DNA of 64,000 bases from sequence record MW812343.1. One strand, 5' to 3'. The position numbers and the translations under genes are program-made. The notes beneath the pieces are model-generated. The model made no database searches and was not told the origin of the DNA. It worked only from the letters and a program-made list of their open reading frames with translations. This document shows positions 12,975-23,328 of the stretch, piece after piece; the stretch's first letter is position 1; each line of letters opens with the position of its first letter.

Positions 12975-13543
12975 AGGTCTTCTACGATGTCTCGGCGCGG
13001 GTTGTGGAGTTCGGCTCAACGCGCTTTTATGAACATATCCGTGAGCACATCGCCAACATCTTAGAGGAGTGTGCGCTCGAGGTGTCTGGCGAGACGGTGG
13101 ATAACCTGTACCATCTCTACCAACGTTATGCGATGGCGTACACGATTGGCGTGACAGCCCGCAACGCCGGTAAGTTCCTTGAGTACCTGATGGAGGAGAT
13201 TACCGAAGGGGAAGAGGACAGTTACGCCCTCGAGACGGATCGCTCAGCGTATGAGTTAAGACAGCAGGGTTTTCAACTCGACCGCAGTTTCTCGGATTTG
13301 GTGGTCGATGAGATGCCCCGCGTCACCTCAGTGTTCTCACAGTTCCCCGGTTGCACTGGGGATCAGGAAGAACATGAAAAGGCATTAAACATGGCCGCCG
13401 CATTGTTCATTAACGAAACCAGCACAGATCTGACAGGTCTAGCCAGCGTGATTGGGTCTGTGTGTCCGGGGAAGTATATTGAACATTACGGCGATGACTT
13501 CAAAGGGTTAGTGGTGGTTTGCGAGCATGAAACTATACTTTGA
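12971..13543 (+). CDS. hypothetical protein
   Basis: ATGA overlap, GGAGG RBS. Confidence 0.85.
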   Translation: MKVFYDVSARVVEFGSTRFYEHIREHIANILEECALEVSGETVDNLYHLYQRYAMAYTIGVTARNAGKFLEYLMEEITEGEEDSYALETDRSAYELRQQGFQLDRSFSDLVVDEMPRVTSVFSQFPGCTGDQEEHEKALNMAAALFINETSTDLTGLASVIGSVCPGKYIEHYGDDFKGLVVVCEHETIL

Positions 13544-13961
13544 TCTCAACGACATTTGCGATGTCCCTGCGATGCTTGACCGGGTTAATCAGGACAGTGA
13601 GCGTTTCAAGGGCGAGTCAGCGAAAGCCTTCTACGCGTTTACCGCGATGTATGCAGCGTATACACTCCGGGCGATTATCAACGGAGCCACAGGAAACAAC
13701 TTTGTTACTTATGTACCCGTTAAGGCCGCCAACGTGTTCTCAAACATGACCAGTGTGTGGTCACACGACACCATCATTGATTTGCGTGTTTGTTTTGACA
13801 CGATCGATATGGATGACGTGGTACGTTTTAACAACGTGATTGCTACCGTGGACCACGCGCTGTTAAGCGAAGGCAAAACGTTTGAATCAATAAAAGACGC
13901 CAGTCACATCCACATCGACCTGACAAACCCAAAAGGTACGGTGGTGTGTCTGGAGTGTTAA
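13527..13961 (+). CDS. hypothetical protein
   Basis: 144 aa, overlapping operon. Confidence 0.85.
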   Translation: MKLYFDLNDICDVPAMLDRVNQDSERFKGESAKAFYAFTAMYAAYTLRAIINGATGNNFVTYVPVKAANVFSNMTSVWSHDTIIDLRVCFDTIDMDDVVRFNNVIATVDHALLSEGKTFESIKDASHIHIDLTNPKGTVVCLEC

Positions 13962-13970
13962 GGAGTTGCG

Positions 13971-14567
13971 ATGGTCTACAAAGTGGTAGCCTACCACACT
14001 TGGAATATGCATCTGGGTGTGGTGGAATATCTGACCGGCAGTGAAGCCTTCTCAGAACTGGTAACGCGGGCAGTTGAATCGTTTCCGAAGATGAAGATTG
14101 GTATTCCTGTTGGTCCGCTGGAAGAAGACGCGATATTCGCCGCGTTACACAATACCATGCCCTCCTATCTACAAGCCTTCCTGCTCAATATGACACGGGC
14201 GGAGGAAACTCATGCGAAGAACTTCCTGAAATCACTCGACCAAGAGTATCGTCGGTGGAAGTTCGGAACGGAGATGGACTCCGGTTCGGTTGACGGTGTG
14301 CTGGAAGATTTGGTTCCACTGATTAAGCTCTACAAGGCGAACAACTCCGAAGTATCAACCGTAACCAAGACTATCGTGGATTACGCCGTTGAAACATTGG
14401 CACAGTTCTTTGCCGGAGCGATTGTGGAAGAGTTCAAGGATGCAGTTGAGATGTTCCTGACGTGCCATCGCGGCAAGTTGCGCACACTCAACGTGGTTCT
14501 GGACTTCCCGCAGTGTCAGTATAACCTCATGGATATGAGGCTATTAATTGATGTGTCGGAGGAATGA
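13971..14567 (+). CDS. hypothetical protein
   Basis: 198 aa, AAGGAG RBS. Confidence 0.85.
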   Translation: MVYKVVAYHTWNMHLGVVEYLTGSEAFSELVTRAVESFPKMKIGIPVGPLEEDAIFAALHNTMPSYLQAFLLNMTRAEETHAKNFLKSLDQEYRRWKFGTEMDSGSVDGVLEDLVPLIKLYKANNSEVSTVTKTIVDYAVETLAQFFAGAIVEEFKDAVEMFLTCHRGKLRTLNVVLDFPQCQYNLMDMRLLIDVSEE

Positions 14568-14971
14568 TGTTTGACGTGAAGAGTCTGGAGGAGGGGAGCA
14601 TTATAAACATCGTTTATGATACCCCGATGCTTCAACCCGAAACGCGCGTAACGGTGTTGGGAACCTGTGGGTATGAAATGGCCCGCAGTATCGAAGATGT
14701 GACGGTGAAGCAGAAGAATATCTTCTCAACCATCGTCTCCCAGCCTGAGAACAACGTGGCGAAGTATCGCTATCTGATGTTCAAAGGTGCGGACGGCAAA
14801 GCCCATGTGGCGGCTGACGTGTGGATTCGTAGTGTGTCGGTTATCAAGAACCTGCAAGTGCGGTTCTCGACGATTGTGGACAACCGTGAGGAGATTGATT
14901 TAATCACCAAAGCGTTGGCCGACCGAGGCATTAACGACGTCACTTTCGAAATCGTTGACAACACCAACTGA
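14564..14971 (+). CDS. conserved hypothetical protein
   Basis: 135 aa, ATGA overlap, GGAGG RBS. Confidence 0.85.
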   Translation: MMFDVKSLEEGSIINIVYDTPMLQPETRVTVLGTCGYEMARSIEDVTVKQKNIFSTIVSQPENNVAKYRYLMFKGADGKAHVAADVWIRSVSVIKNLQVRFSTIVDNREEIDLITKALADRGINDVTFEIVDNTN

Positions 14972-14976
14972 ATACT

Positions 14977-15009
14977 CTCCTCGCTTCGGCGGGGAGGTTA
15001 TTTTTTTTT
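14977..15009 (+). terminator. terminator
   Basis: CTCCTCGC-TTCG-GCGGGGAG plus T-run. Confidence 0.8.
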
Positions 15010-15073
15010 GATCTTTTTTCACGTCAGTCGGTAATGTTATAGATGAAGATCCCGCGACCCACAGGAGTACAGC

Positions 15074-17386
15074 GTGGAATATAACGAACCCTTTCGACTG
15101 TCAAAAGACGAATACCATCGTGACATCGACGTCATCGATGCGTACTTCGAGCAATTGACACTGTACATCTGGCACCAAACAGATCACAAGTACAGCAAAG
15201 AATTTATCCGTGAGAATCTCGACGAGATGTTTGCGGAAGACGGCGAATTGGCTCACACTTACCCGACTTGTAAGCTGTGGGTCCGTGACCAGCAAACGGG
15301 TGACCGTAAAGAGAAGTTCACTACCGTAGACAAACTGTTGCGTGTGGTGATTGACAAGCAGATTATTTCTGCTCCGTCCTTGACCTTCTATTTACCTGAA
15401 CACGTCAAGCGTTCTAAACTTGCGGAATTCACCGCAGAGAACGTGCGTAAACGTGCGGTCATCAAAAACGAGATGTACGAAGCGGCTGCGGCCGGTAACG
15501 ACGTCTTGAAAACGAACAAGAAGAACGAACAGAACGCCGTTAAGACATTGAACAACGGTATGTCAGGTGCGTTCTCTTCACCGTACACGGTTATCTTTAA
15601 CCAGTCGTCGCACTCCGTACTGACCTCCACCTGCCGAACAGCCACGTCGTTTGGTAACGCAGGTAACGAGCGTCTGTTGGGCGGCAACCGCCACTACGAT
15701 ACCCCGGCGCGTGTTATCGAACACTTCCTCAGCATCGGTACTCTCACCGACTTCGCAGAATTCAAACGCTGTGTTGAGAAGTATAACCTGCATATTCCGA
15801 CCGTCCAAGAAACCATGGACGTCATCAACTACTCTGCTAACCTGTACTGGCGTTCTGCCGTTGGGTCAGAGAAAGTTCAACATTACGTATCCCGCGTCAG
15901 TGACCTCGAACGTGCGGCCTTCGTCTACATGGGTGACTTCTTCCATCTGGCGAAGTACAACGATGAATTCATGCGTGGTTTCATCGGCGCATTAATCTCC
16001 GAGGAAGAATTCGGCACTTGCGCGAATTGGACAGACGCTGATTGGGCTGCTGCCGAGAAAACCATCGACGGTGACATGAAGATTGTCATCGCCCAGTTCC
16101 GTACCGATGTGGTGCCGTTGGGTAAATCGTTTGGTGACGTTAAGCTCAAAGATGAGGAAACCGAAAAAGCACTACCGTGGAGTCAGCAGGAGAAGTATAA
16201 GGAACTGATTCGTACTGCGATTTACTTGCAGCGCACCATCGGTGACTATGCTTGCCTGATTCGCAATGTCCTGACCACCAAAAACCTGCCTATCAACATT
16301 GCCCGTATGCCGGACATGATTCGTCGTGTGGGTGTGGTATCCGATACGGACTCCACCATGATGACAGCGCAGTGGTGGGCACAGTGGTATACCGGTCAGC
16401 ACTACGGACGTGAAGCTACGCGTGTGTCGGATGCGATGATTTACATTGCGACCCAGCACTTGCGTCACCTCATGGCCAGTATGTCAGCAAACATCGGTGT
16501 GGCGAAAGAACGTCTGTTCCTGTATGCCATGAAGAACGAGTATAAGTTTGACTCGTTTGCACTGACCACGAAAGCCAAGCACTACTTCTCCATTATTACC
16601 GGACAGGAAGGCCAGCTCAAGAAAGACCCTGAGTTGGAAGTAAAAGGGGTATCCCTGCGTACATCAAACATCCCGCCGGTTATCATGAAAGAGTTCAAGA
16701 AAACCATTCGCGAGCTGTGCATGATCGTAGCCCGTGGTGATCGTATTGAAATCGTTCCGCTGTTGGAGAAAGTGGCGTCCATCGAGCACAACGTGGTGGA
16801 TTCACTGCGTGCCGGTAATGCTGGGTATCTGAAAACGACCAACATCAAATCCCGTGATGCGTATCAGGGTGATGAGAAGTCCTATCACTACCATCGCATG
16901 TACAACGCCATCTTTGGGCCGAAGTATGGCTATCTGGAAGAACCACCGTATGACGCGGTGAAGCTCCCGGTGAACCTCGGCACCAAAACAGCCATGAAGG
17001 ATTGGATTGAGTCTATCGAAGACCCGGTAATCCGTAATGGCGCACAGCAGTGGTTTGAAGATACGAACGGTCGTACTTACGCCACCTTAATCCTGCCTGA
17101 GTATCTGGTAGAGAACCACGGTATTCCGCCTGAACTGATCGCAGCTGCTGATATGCGTCGAACTGCGTTTGCAACGGTAGAGCCGTATTACCATGTCCTT
17201 GAGTGCTTAGGCGTCTTCATGATTGATAAGAAGCGCACACGTTTACTGTCAGACTACTACGGCGAATCTCTGGATGCCGAAGAAGTGCTGCCAGAACTGA
17301 AAGACGTGAAGTACATCAAGAAAGCTGAACGTGATGCCGAAGACGGTGAGGAAGACGAAGATGGGGAAGAAGATGCAGCTGAATAA
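15074..17386 (+). CDS. DNA polymerase family B, polymerase subunit of split enzyme (phiKZ gp50-like)
   Basis: QNAVKTLNNGMSG (motif B), VSDTDS (motif C), KAKHY, ELEVKG; lacks exonuclease and motif A. Confidence 0.9.
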   Translation: MEYNEPFRLSKDEYHRDIDVIDAYFEQLTLYIWHQTDHKYSKEFIRENLDEMFAEDGELAHTYPTCKLWVRDQQTGDRKEKFTTVDKLLRVVIDKQIISAPSLTFYLPEHVKRSKLAEFTAENVRKRAVIKNEMYEAAAAGNDVLKTNKKNEQNAVKTLNNGMSGAFSSPYTVIFNQSSHSVLTSTCRTATSFGNAGNERLLGGNRHYDTPARVIEHFLSIGTLTDFAEFKRCVEKYNLHIPTVQETMDVINYSANLYWRSAVGSEKVQHYVSRVSDLERAAFVYMGDFFHLAKYNDEFMRGFIGALISEEEFGTCANWTDADWAAAEKTIDGDMKIVIAQFRTDVVPLGKSFGDVKLKDEETEKALPWSQQEKYKELIRTAIYLQRTIGDYACLIRNVLTTKNLPINIARMPDMIRRVGVVSDTDSTMMTAQWWAQWYTGQHYGREATRVSDAMIYIATQHLRHLMASMSANIGVAKERLFLYAMKNEYKFDSFALTTKAKHYFSIITGQEGQLKKDPELEVKGVSLRTSNIPPVIMKEFKKTIRELCMIVARGDRIEIVPLLEKVASIEHNVVDSLRAGNAGYLKTTNIKSRDAYQGDEKSYHYHRMYNAIFGPKYGYLEEPPYDAVKLPVNLGTKTAMKDWIESIEDPVIRNGAQQWFEDTNGRTYATLILPEYLVENHGIPPELIAAADMRRTAFATVEPYYHVLECLGVFMIDKKRTRLLSDYYGESLDAEEVLPELKDVKYIKKAERDAEDGEEDEDGEEDAAE

Positions 17387-17690
17387 GATTACAGATCGCT
17401 TTATTTCCAACCAGCCGTACAAAACCATTAACAACATTATCATACCGCCCAATCAAACCATTGGGCCAGTCCCGACAGGTGCGGTATCATGCTATCCTAA
17501 GCAAAAGGATTCCCCTCTCGTGATTTGGGAGGGTAAAGCCTCGGACATTGACCCACAGCATGAACAGGTGGATTTTATCCTACGAACGTGGGTGGGGATG
17601 TGTCTGCAAGAGAAAAGCATCGAACAGGTAATGGCTGAGGAGGAGGCTTATCGTGCACGCCACCCTAAGCGATTTTCCCCTAAACACTAA
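17373..17690 (+). CDS. hypothetical protein
   Basis: ATG 17373 overlapping the polymerase end; 105 aa. Confidence 0.7.
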   Translation: MQLNKITDRFISNQPYKTINNIIIPPNQTIGPVPTGAVSCYPKQKDSPLVIWEGKASDIDPQHEQVDFILRTWVGMCLQEKSIEQVMAEEEAYRARHPKRFSPKH

Positions 17691-17701
17691 GGTGGCTGTA
17701 C

Positions 17702-17878
17702 GTGTACCATGATATCAAATCGTCAAACGAGCGTATCGCCGAGATACGCAAGGAGTACACCGAGAAGGGGTACGAGAACATCATGGTCTGGCGAGCAGGG
17801 GTGCGGATTCACATTCAGGCATACGACCCGAAGAAGAAACGCGATATTAACTGCCACGCTATGCCAATCATTTCATAG
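17702..17878 (+). CDS. small hypothetical protein (58 aa, below ORF-track cutoff)
   Basis: GTG start with AAGGTGG RBS; MYHDIKSSNERIAEIRKEYTEKGYENIMVWRAG...; exactly fills the gap between flanking genes. Confidence 0.65.
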   Translation: MYHDIKSSNERIAEIRKEYTEKGYENIMVWRAGVRIHIQAYDPKKKRDINCHAMPIIS

Positions 17879-17886
17879 GGCGCAGT

Positions 17887-18471
17887 ATGAAGTACGATTT
17901 GCTGGAAGAAGTGAAGAAATTAAAACGTTTTGGTAAACTGAAACAGATACAGCACGCTATCGCGGGTCGCATCGCTGCAATCATCGATGACGCCAATGAA
18001 AAGTCCGGGTATAACGAAGCCCTTCATCGTGAACTCGATGAAGACAAACTTATCCCACATTTTCGAATGCCGCAGGCGAACAAAGTTTACCAACCCGGTG
18101 GAAAAGGTACGACACTGGTTGTGGAAATGAATCCGAACTGTACGTTGGCCAAACGTCTGCTGAAAGAATCCCAGTACCGTTACGTCGCTGTCTGGGATTT
18201 CGAAGAGGTTGATCTCGACTACGGTTTGGCGGGACCCTGCCGCGTTACTGCGCTGGCTGGATTCCTGAACCACTTTCCGGGTTTAAAGGGTAAGGTGTCA
18301 GTAGGTGAGGACACTCGCGGCCCGACGCTAACGGCACCAAACGACATCGTTGAGCTGGATTTTGTAGTGGTTGCCCCAGACGGTAAGTACCATCTCCAGC
18401 GCTTTAGTAACGACAACGTAGGGCATGTGTGTTCTCGATTGAACATCAGCTACTACCAGTCAAAAAAATAA
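17887..18471 (+). CDS. hypothetical protein
   Basis: 194 aa ORF. Confidence 0.8.
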   Translation: MKYDLLEEVKKLKRFGKLKQIQHAIAGRIAAIIDDANEKSGYNEALHRELDEDKLIPHFRMPQANKVYQPGGKGTTLVVEMNPNCTLAKRLLKESQYRYVAVWDFEEVDLDYGLAGPCRVTALAGFLNHFPGLKGKVSVGEDTRGPTLTAPNDIVELDFVVVAPDGKYHLQRFSNDNVGHVCSRLNISYYQSKK

Positions 18472-18561
18472 AATGAGGCAATTGCACCCTTTCGAGTGCA
18501 ATTACAAGTTATTCCCTATTATATGTAAACCTGAGTGGTTTACGGGGGAGGGAGTAAATTC

Positions 18562-19626
18562 TCATTTTTCAGCATGGTCTAACAAGGGCTGAATCAGGGT
18601 TTGCCGGAAGTGGTTATAGACCGCCTTTGGCAACTTGTTTAAGACCTTGGTATCTGAGTAGCGACCGATCTCATACGAGACGTCCTTCAGGTACGCATCC
18701 ATGTGACCTTTGTTGTACTGGAGACAGTACAGCATCCAATGCCAGTTGACCAACGTCAGATGCCACGAGCCCTGGAATGTTAATCCGGGATCACGGTGAA
18801 CGATGCGGTCAATCGCAGTCCGATCTCCATCTAATGGGAATTGGAACGGCTGGATGATGTGTGCCAATACGACCCCCGGTATTGGATTACCCGTCAAAAG
18901 CGACTGACGTGTCTGGGTGGCGTTGCGGATAGCAATATCGCGCAACGGCGGAACTGGAATCGTTCGCAGAGGTTGATCCGACTCAATATCTTGACCCATC
19001 GCCACAAAGCGATGAATGTTGAGTAATGAGATGTCCATATAGCTCGGCAACATACGGCTGATAACGTGTCGCCAAATATACGTCGGGCTGGTCACGACTT
19101 CGTTGGAACGGTTGTAATAGGCAAACGCTTTAACGTGTTGCCACAGCAGCTCTACGAGGTTGATCTCGATAATACACACCCCACGCGGCTTGCCATTCCC
19201 GAGTTGCCAGTTTAGATTGGTATACTCGTGATACAGGTAGCGGGCCGGTGCGTATTCGCGAAAGGATAACTCAGGATCGATTGGGCGGGCCACGAGCGAG
19301 ATAATCTCATCTTGGCCTTCGATGAACACACCGTTGAAGACTTTACCGTATTCACCCATCGAGGTTAATCGTTCGGCATTGCCGATACCAATCAGTCGTC
19401 GACGACATGCCCACTCTACGGTTTCGTAGTCGGGGTCTGTTGAGTAACCGATGGCTGAGATTAACTTTGCAATGAGGTGGCCGGATTCTACACGGGTCTG
19501 TACCGAGTCAAAGTAGTTGCGAATACGTTGGTGGTTATTTTTTACAAGAGCGGCCAATTGTATAGCGGTAGGGTCGACGTTATGCCCTTTGATTTCCACT
19601 TGCTTTAATTCGGCTTGACTGAACAT
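18562..19626 (-). CDS. conserved virion/head-associated protein (phiKZ gp52-like by synteny)
   Basis: CAGGAG RBS before MFSQAEL, upstream TATG; divergent from chimallin as in phiKZ-like phages. Confidence 0.65.
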   Translation of the reverse strand: MFSQAELKQVEIKGHNVDPTAIQLAALVKNNHQRIRNYFDSVQTRVESGHLIAKLISAIGYSTDPDYETVEWACRRRLIGIGNAERLTSMGEYGKVFNGVFIEGQDEIISLVARPIDPELSFREYAPARYLYHEYTNLNWQLGNGKPRGVCIIEINLVELLWQHVKAFAYYNRSNEVVTSPTYIWRHVISRMLPSYMDISLLNIHRFVAMGQDIESDQPLRTIPVPPLRDIAIRNATQTRQSLLTGNPIPGVVLAHIIQPFQFPLDGDRTAIDRIVHRDPGLTFQGSWHLTLVNWHWMLYCLQYNKGHMDAYLKDVSYEIGRYSDTKVLNKLPKAVYNHFRQTLIQPLLDHAEK

Positions 19627-19671
19627 GATTCTCTCCTGTGATACCACATAGGAACTAGGTCGTAGTCAAAG

Positions 19672-19699
19672 AAATTACAGATGTATATTATCATTGTGA
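19672..19699 (+). promoter_or_regulatory. chimallin promoter P1 (AATTACAGA..ATATTATC-ATT-GTGA)
   Basis: Motif copy; near-duplicate 91 nt downstream. Confidence 0.65.
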
Positions 19700-19761
19700 C
19701 GGTTCCGGTTATTCTTTCTGTTATGTGTTATTCATTAGGCGACGGCTTAACTGTATCCCAC

Positions 19762-19790
19762 AAAATTACAGATTGATATTATCACTGTGA
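19762..19790 (+). promoter_or_regulatory. chimallin promoter P2 (AATTACAGA..ATATTATC-ACT-GTGA)
   Basis: Motif copy 40 nt before ATG 19830. Confidence 0.65.
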
Positions 19791-19829
19791 ACTTACTCGT
19801 ACTAATTATCTTTCAAGGATTATATAACC

Positions 19830-21647
19830 ATGGTTAAATTTGTTGGCGAACACGACACTAACGTTGAAGCTCAGTCTGCTGCTCCTGTTGCAGAGAACGT
19901 AAACGTTACACAGAACACCACCAAGGCTGCACCGGCTGCTGAATACAGCACTGGTAACCACGTCGACTCTTTCGACCAAGCCTTCGACTGGTCTTCATCT
20001 TCTTCTAGCGCGAATGACTTCGTGCGTCTGCTGAAAGAGTCAGCGGAGAAAAACGAATACCTGTCCCGTTTCCGTTACGGTCTGGTAAAAGGCATCTCTG
20101 CCGAAATGGGTTCCGCTGCATACGTTGCTGGCGAACTGAACGGCGCATGGCTGTACGGTCTGGTCTTCTTCGAGAAGGGTCAGTCTATCCGTATCTACGA
20201 AACCACCAACCGTCAGGAAGATTACTTCACCCTGTCTAGCCTCATCAATAAAGATGTGCTGGCGAAGGTGTCTGAGTCTATCCGTGAAGACCACGGTATC
20301 GATAACGTTCACTACATGATCACCAACTGTGTGCCGGACTTCTCTGGTAACGTTGTTGACATCAACTGGGCGAAGTCGCTGATGGGTCAGCTGCTGCTGG
20401 GTGTGTTCGGCCGTGCTGTAGGTTACCTGGGCACCATCGTGCTGAAGAAAACCGATCGCTTCGTGGCGAACGTCGCAACTCCAGAAACTGGTGTGGCAAC
20501 TGACGTCAACGGTCACCCGAACCGTGCGGATATCGCAGTGTACGTTGAGCACACGCCGACCAATCAGGAAAGCGACACTCCAACTCTGCTGAGCGATAGC
20601 ATCCCAACTGCGTACCCACCGGTTCGTAGCTGTGCTTATCCGAACCTGCGCTTCACCGGCCTGAAAAAGGCAGTGGACGGCGTACAGGATCTGAAACAGC
20701 TGCAAGGTGAAGTGGTTGTGTCGCTGATTGACTCTCAGGCGAAAGGTTCTAAAGCCCCGCTGGAGCGTCAGTTCATCGCATTCGGCGCGTTCGCGGAAAT
20801 CGCACAGAACGGCGGCTGGCGTGACCTGTACATCAACACCCTGAACAAACAGGATCGTAAGTTCTCTGCTCTGGCATCACACCTGAGCTGGGGTGCTGAC
20901 CAAGCGCCTGACCTGGGTAAACTGGATAGCTCTCGTGAGCTGGTTGACCGCGCTCTGCGTGTGTTCGCACCAAGCTCCGCTGCGCTGGTTGTACGTCACC
21001 GTGCTGGTAACGGCGTTGGTGGCCTGTCCAACATGTTCGCTGAGATTGCTCTGCGTAACACCAACACTCTGGGTCAGCTGCTGAACGTCCTGAACAGCAT
21101 GTTCGGTGATATCGACGGCGTGAACTTCACGACCTACCTGGGTCAGCAGTTGAACGTGTCTACCATCACCTGTGCCCACATCATTGCAGCCGCAGTGCCA
21201 ACTCTGGACGGCGTGTACACGTCTACCGCAGCGCACCGCTCACTGCAAGATATGGACCTGACCTCTGTTGCTACCCACCTGGGTGACAAACAGCAGGAGA
21301 TGTACCGTTACATGCACGCACAGTCTTACGCTAACCGTGAGCTGGAAGGTCATGCACAGCGTATCTACCTCGCTAAGCTGGCATCTGCAATGTACGGTAA
21401 CCGTTCTCTGCGCTTCACTGGTGAATCTCTGGATATGGCAGTTAATCCGATCTTCGCCCGTTGCGTACTGGATATGCTGCGTAAGAAAGCAAGCTTCCAG
21501 GTGAACGGCGTGAACGCCAACAACGAGCTGGACAACTCCCTGTTCTACAACCAGGGTGGTGAAACGTTCGTGCTGTCAGGTAACGGCCAGACTGGTGGTA
21601 TCGATACTTTCGGTCTGGGTGTAACCCTTACCGACTACAAACTGTAA
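19830..21647 (+). CDS. chmA: chimallin, phage nuclear shell protein
   Basis: 605 aa, strong high-expression codon bias, immediately upstream of nvRNAP beta'-N. DVNGHPNRADIAV resembles the D-x-x-G-x-P-x-R-x-D-I segment recalled from chimallins. Disordered N-terminal extension. Confidence 0.85.
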   Translation: MVKFVGEHDTNVEAQSAAPVAENVNVTQNTTKAAPAAEYSTGNHVDSFDQAFDWSSSSSSANDFVRLLKESAEKNEYLSRFRYGLVKGISAEMGSAAYVAGELNGAWLYGLVFFEKGQSIRIYETTNRQEDYFTLSSLINKDVLAKVSESIREDHGIDNVHYMITNCVPDFSGNVVDINWAKSLMGQLLLGVFGRAVGYLGTIVLKKTDRFVANVATPETGVATDVNGHPNRADIAVYVEHTPTNQESDTPTLLSDSIPTAYPPVRSCAYPNLRFTGLKKAVDGVQDLKQLQGEVVVSLIDSQAKGSKAPLERQFIAFGAFAEIAQNGGWRDLYINTLNKQDRKFSALASHLSWGADQAPDLGKLDSSRELVDRALRVFAPSSAALVVRHRAGNGVGGLSNMFAEIALRNTNTLGQLLNVLNSMFGDIDGVNFTTYLGQQLNVSTITCAHIIAAAVPTLDGVYTSTAAHRSLQDMDLTSVATHLGDKQQEMYRYMHAQSYANRELEGHAQRIYLAKLASAMYGNRSLRFTGESLDMAVNPIFARCVLDMLRKKASFQVNGVNANNELDNSLFYNQGGETFVLSGNGQTGGIDTFGLGVTLTDYKL

Positions 21648-21666
21648 TCCGTTTGTAGTGTAGTCG

Positions 21667-21707
21667 GGGTGGGAGCAATTGCTCCCACCCATCCACCATC
21701 TTTTTTT
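21667..21707 (+). terminator. terminator after chimallin
   Basis: GGGTGGGAGC-AATT-GCTCCCACCC, T-run 10 nt later. Confidence 0.65.
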
Positions 21708-21720
21708 GGTTGAGGTAAAA

Positions 21721-23313
21721 ATGCAGGCACCAATGTTTTACGGAATCTCAGGACGATTAGAGGCACAGGATCATTACCTGCGTGACCTTCTTATCGAGGC
21801 CGGAGCGAAACAAATCAAACCTCCGACCATCATCAATGACTTGGCCATTGGTGGTGACCCCATCAAAGTGGCTGAGCAGATTGACCTGCTGGTGCAAAAC
21901 CGCATTATTGACGAACAGCTCAACTCTGCGCCTATCTGTAGCATCACTTGCGACAATCCGATCGCACACCGTTATAATCTCGGTAAGCAATGTCCATGTT
22001 GTGGATATCGTGTCACCGAAAACCGTATTGAATCGGATGTGTGGTTACGTGCGCCTGATGAGATTGAATATTTCATCAACCCACGTTTCTGGGCAATGTT
22101 CAATGCGTTCTTTAACAACAACAAGAAACCGCGTAAGTTTGATCGGACAAAGGTTGCGATAGGCAACGGGTCTGATTTGATGATGTGGTTCCTTGACCCG
22201 TACTACCGCTCAGACGAACCCGATTCGAAACGTGCGGCTGTTGTGAAGCGAATCATGGAAGAACATGGCGTCCGTCGGGGTATTCATTACTTCACCGGTC
22301 ACTACAAACAAATCTTTGAGATTCTTACCCGGCCTGACAACTGGCGTGAGATCTATCCACCGCAACGCAACAATGCGAGTGAAAGCGAAATCCTGCGTAC
22401 GCAATGGGTAGAGCTGATCGAAACCCAAGGTAAGGCTATACTCACCAAACATCTGCCGATTATTTCGTCGAAGATGATTGTGTCCGAGGAAGGTCGCCGT
22501 GGCGTAGTGATTGACCCTATCTTTACCGCTGCAATCGATTCGGTGAAAAACATTGCGCAGTTGTATACACGCAAACGCAGTATGGAATCACGGTTCGTTA
22601 TCAGTAAGGCATTGAAAGCCAACCGCCAACTGACGTACTTCCATATTGACTTCCGTCGTGAGACGCTGGAACAAAAGCCGGGCCACTATCGTGCGAAAGT
22701 CTCCTCGACGCATGTGTGTAACTCGGGCCGTGCAACAATCTCACCAATTGCCTCTCCGCATGACGCGTGGAAGTTGGTGGCACCGTGGCGTTGGTCAGTT
22801 GGGTTGCTCAGTGTCGATATCGAATCGAAATTGATGCAGCGTGGCTTCTCCTCACGTCAGTGTGAACGTATTGTAGCTAAAGCGGCAATGCAGTACGATC
22901 CGTTAGTCGATGAAATCTTCAAAGAACTGATCGCGGAATCGCCGGGCGGTATGGGTATCCTTGTCTTACCGTTGCGTAACCCAACGTTAGTTCAGTTGTC
23001 TGTACAGGCGCTGTGGATTGACAAAATCATCACAGATGTTGACCAGTGCTCGATTCGTATCTCTGATCGTGTCATTAAGATGGCAAACGCCGACTTCGAT
23101 GGTGACCAGCTCATGGTTTACCGTCCGACCGACCAAATCGAAATCGATCTGGCCATGGCGTTCCGTCCGGACAACGGGTTCATGTCTTCTACCAAAGTCA
23201 ATGAGGTAGAAAGAGGCATGATTTTACATAGCGAACTTATCAGTATGCAGAACAGCTTCCTCTTAGAGGCCGAAGAGGATAGTGAGGTAGGTTTAGCGCT
23301 CGAAGACTTATAA
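21721..23313 (+). CDS. non-virion RNA polymerase beta' N-terminal subunit (phiKZ gp55-like)
   Basis: Zn-finger C..C...CPCCG, GRATISP, LRNPTL, catalytic NADFDGDQL. Confidence 0.93.
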   Translation: MQAPMFYGISGRLEAQDHYLRDLLIEAGAKQIKPPTIINDLAIGGDPIKVAEQIDLLVQNRIIDEQLNSAPICSITCDNPIAHRYNLGKQCPCCGYRVTENRIESDVWLRAPDEIEYFINPRFWAMFNAFFNNNKKPRKFDRTKVAIGNGSDLMMWFLDPYYRSDEPDSKRAAVVKRIMEEHGVRRGIHYFTGHYKQIFEILTRPDNWREIYPPQRNNASESEILRTQWVELIETQGKAILTKHLPIISSKMIVSEEGRRGVVIDPIFTAAIDSVKNIAQLYTRKRSMESRFVISKALKANRQLTYFHIDFRRETLEQKPGHYRAKVSSTHVCNSGRATISPIASPHDAWKLVAPWRWSVGLLSVDIESKLMQRGFSSRQCERIVAKAAMQYDPLVDEIFKELIAESPGGMGILVLPLRNPTLVQLSVQALWIDKIITDVDQCSIRISDRVIKMANADFDGDQLMVYRPTDQIEIDLAMAFRPDNGFMSSTKVNEVERGMILHSELISMQNSFLLEAEEDSEVGLALEDL

Positions 23314-23328
23314 CAGGAGCAAACGAGT

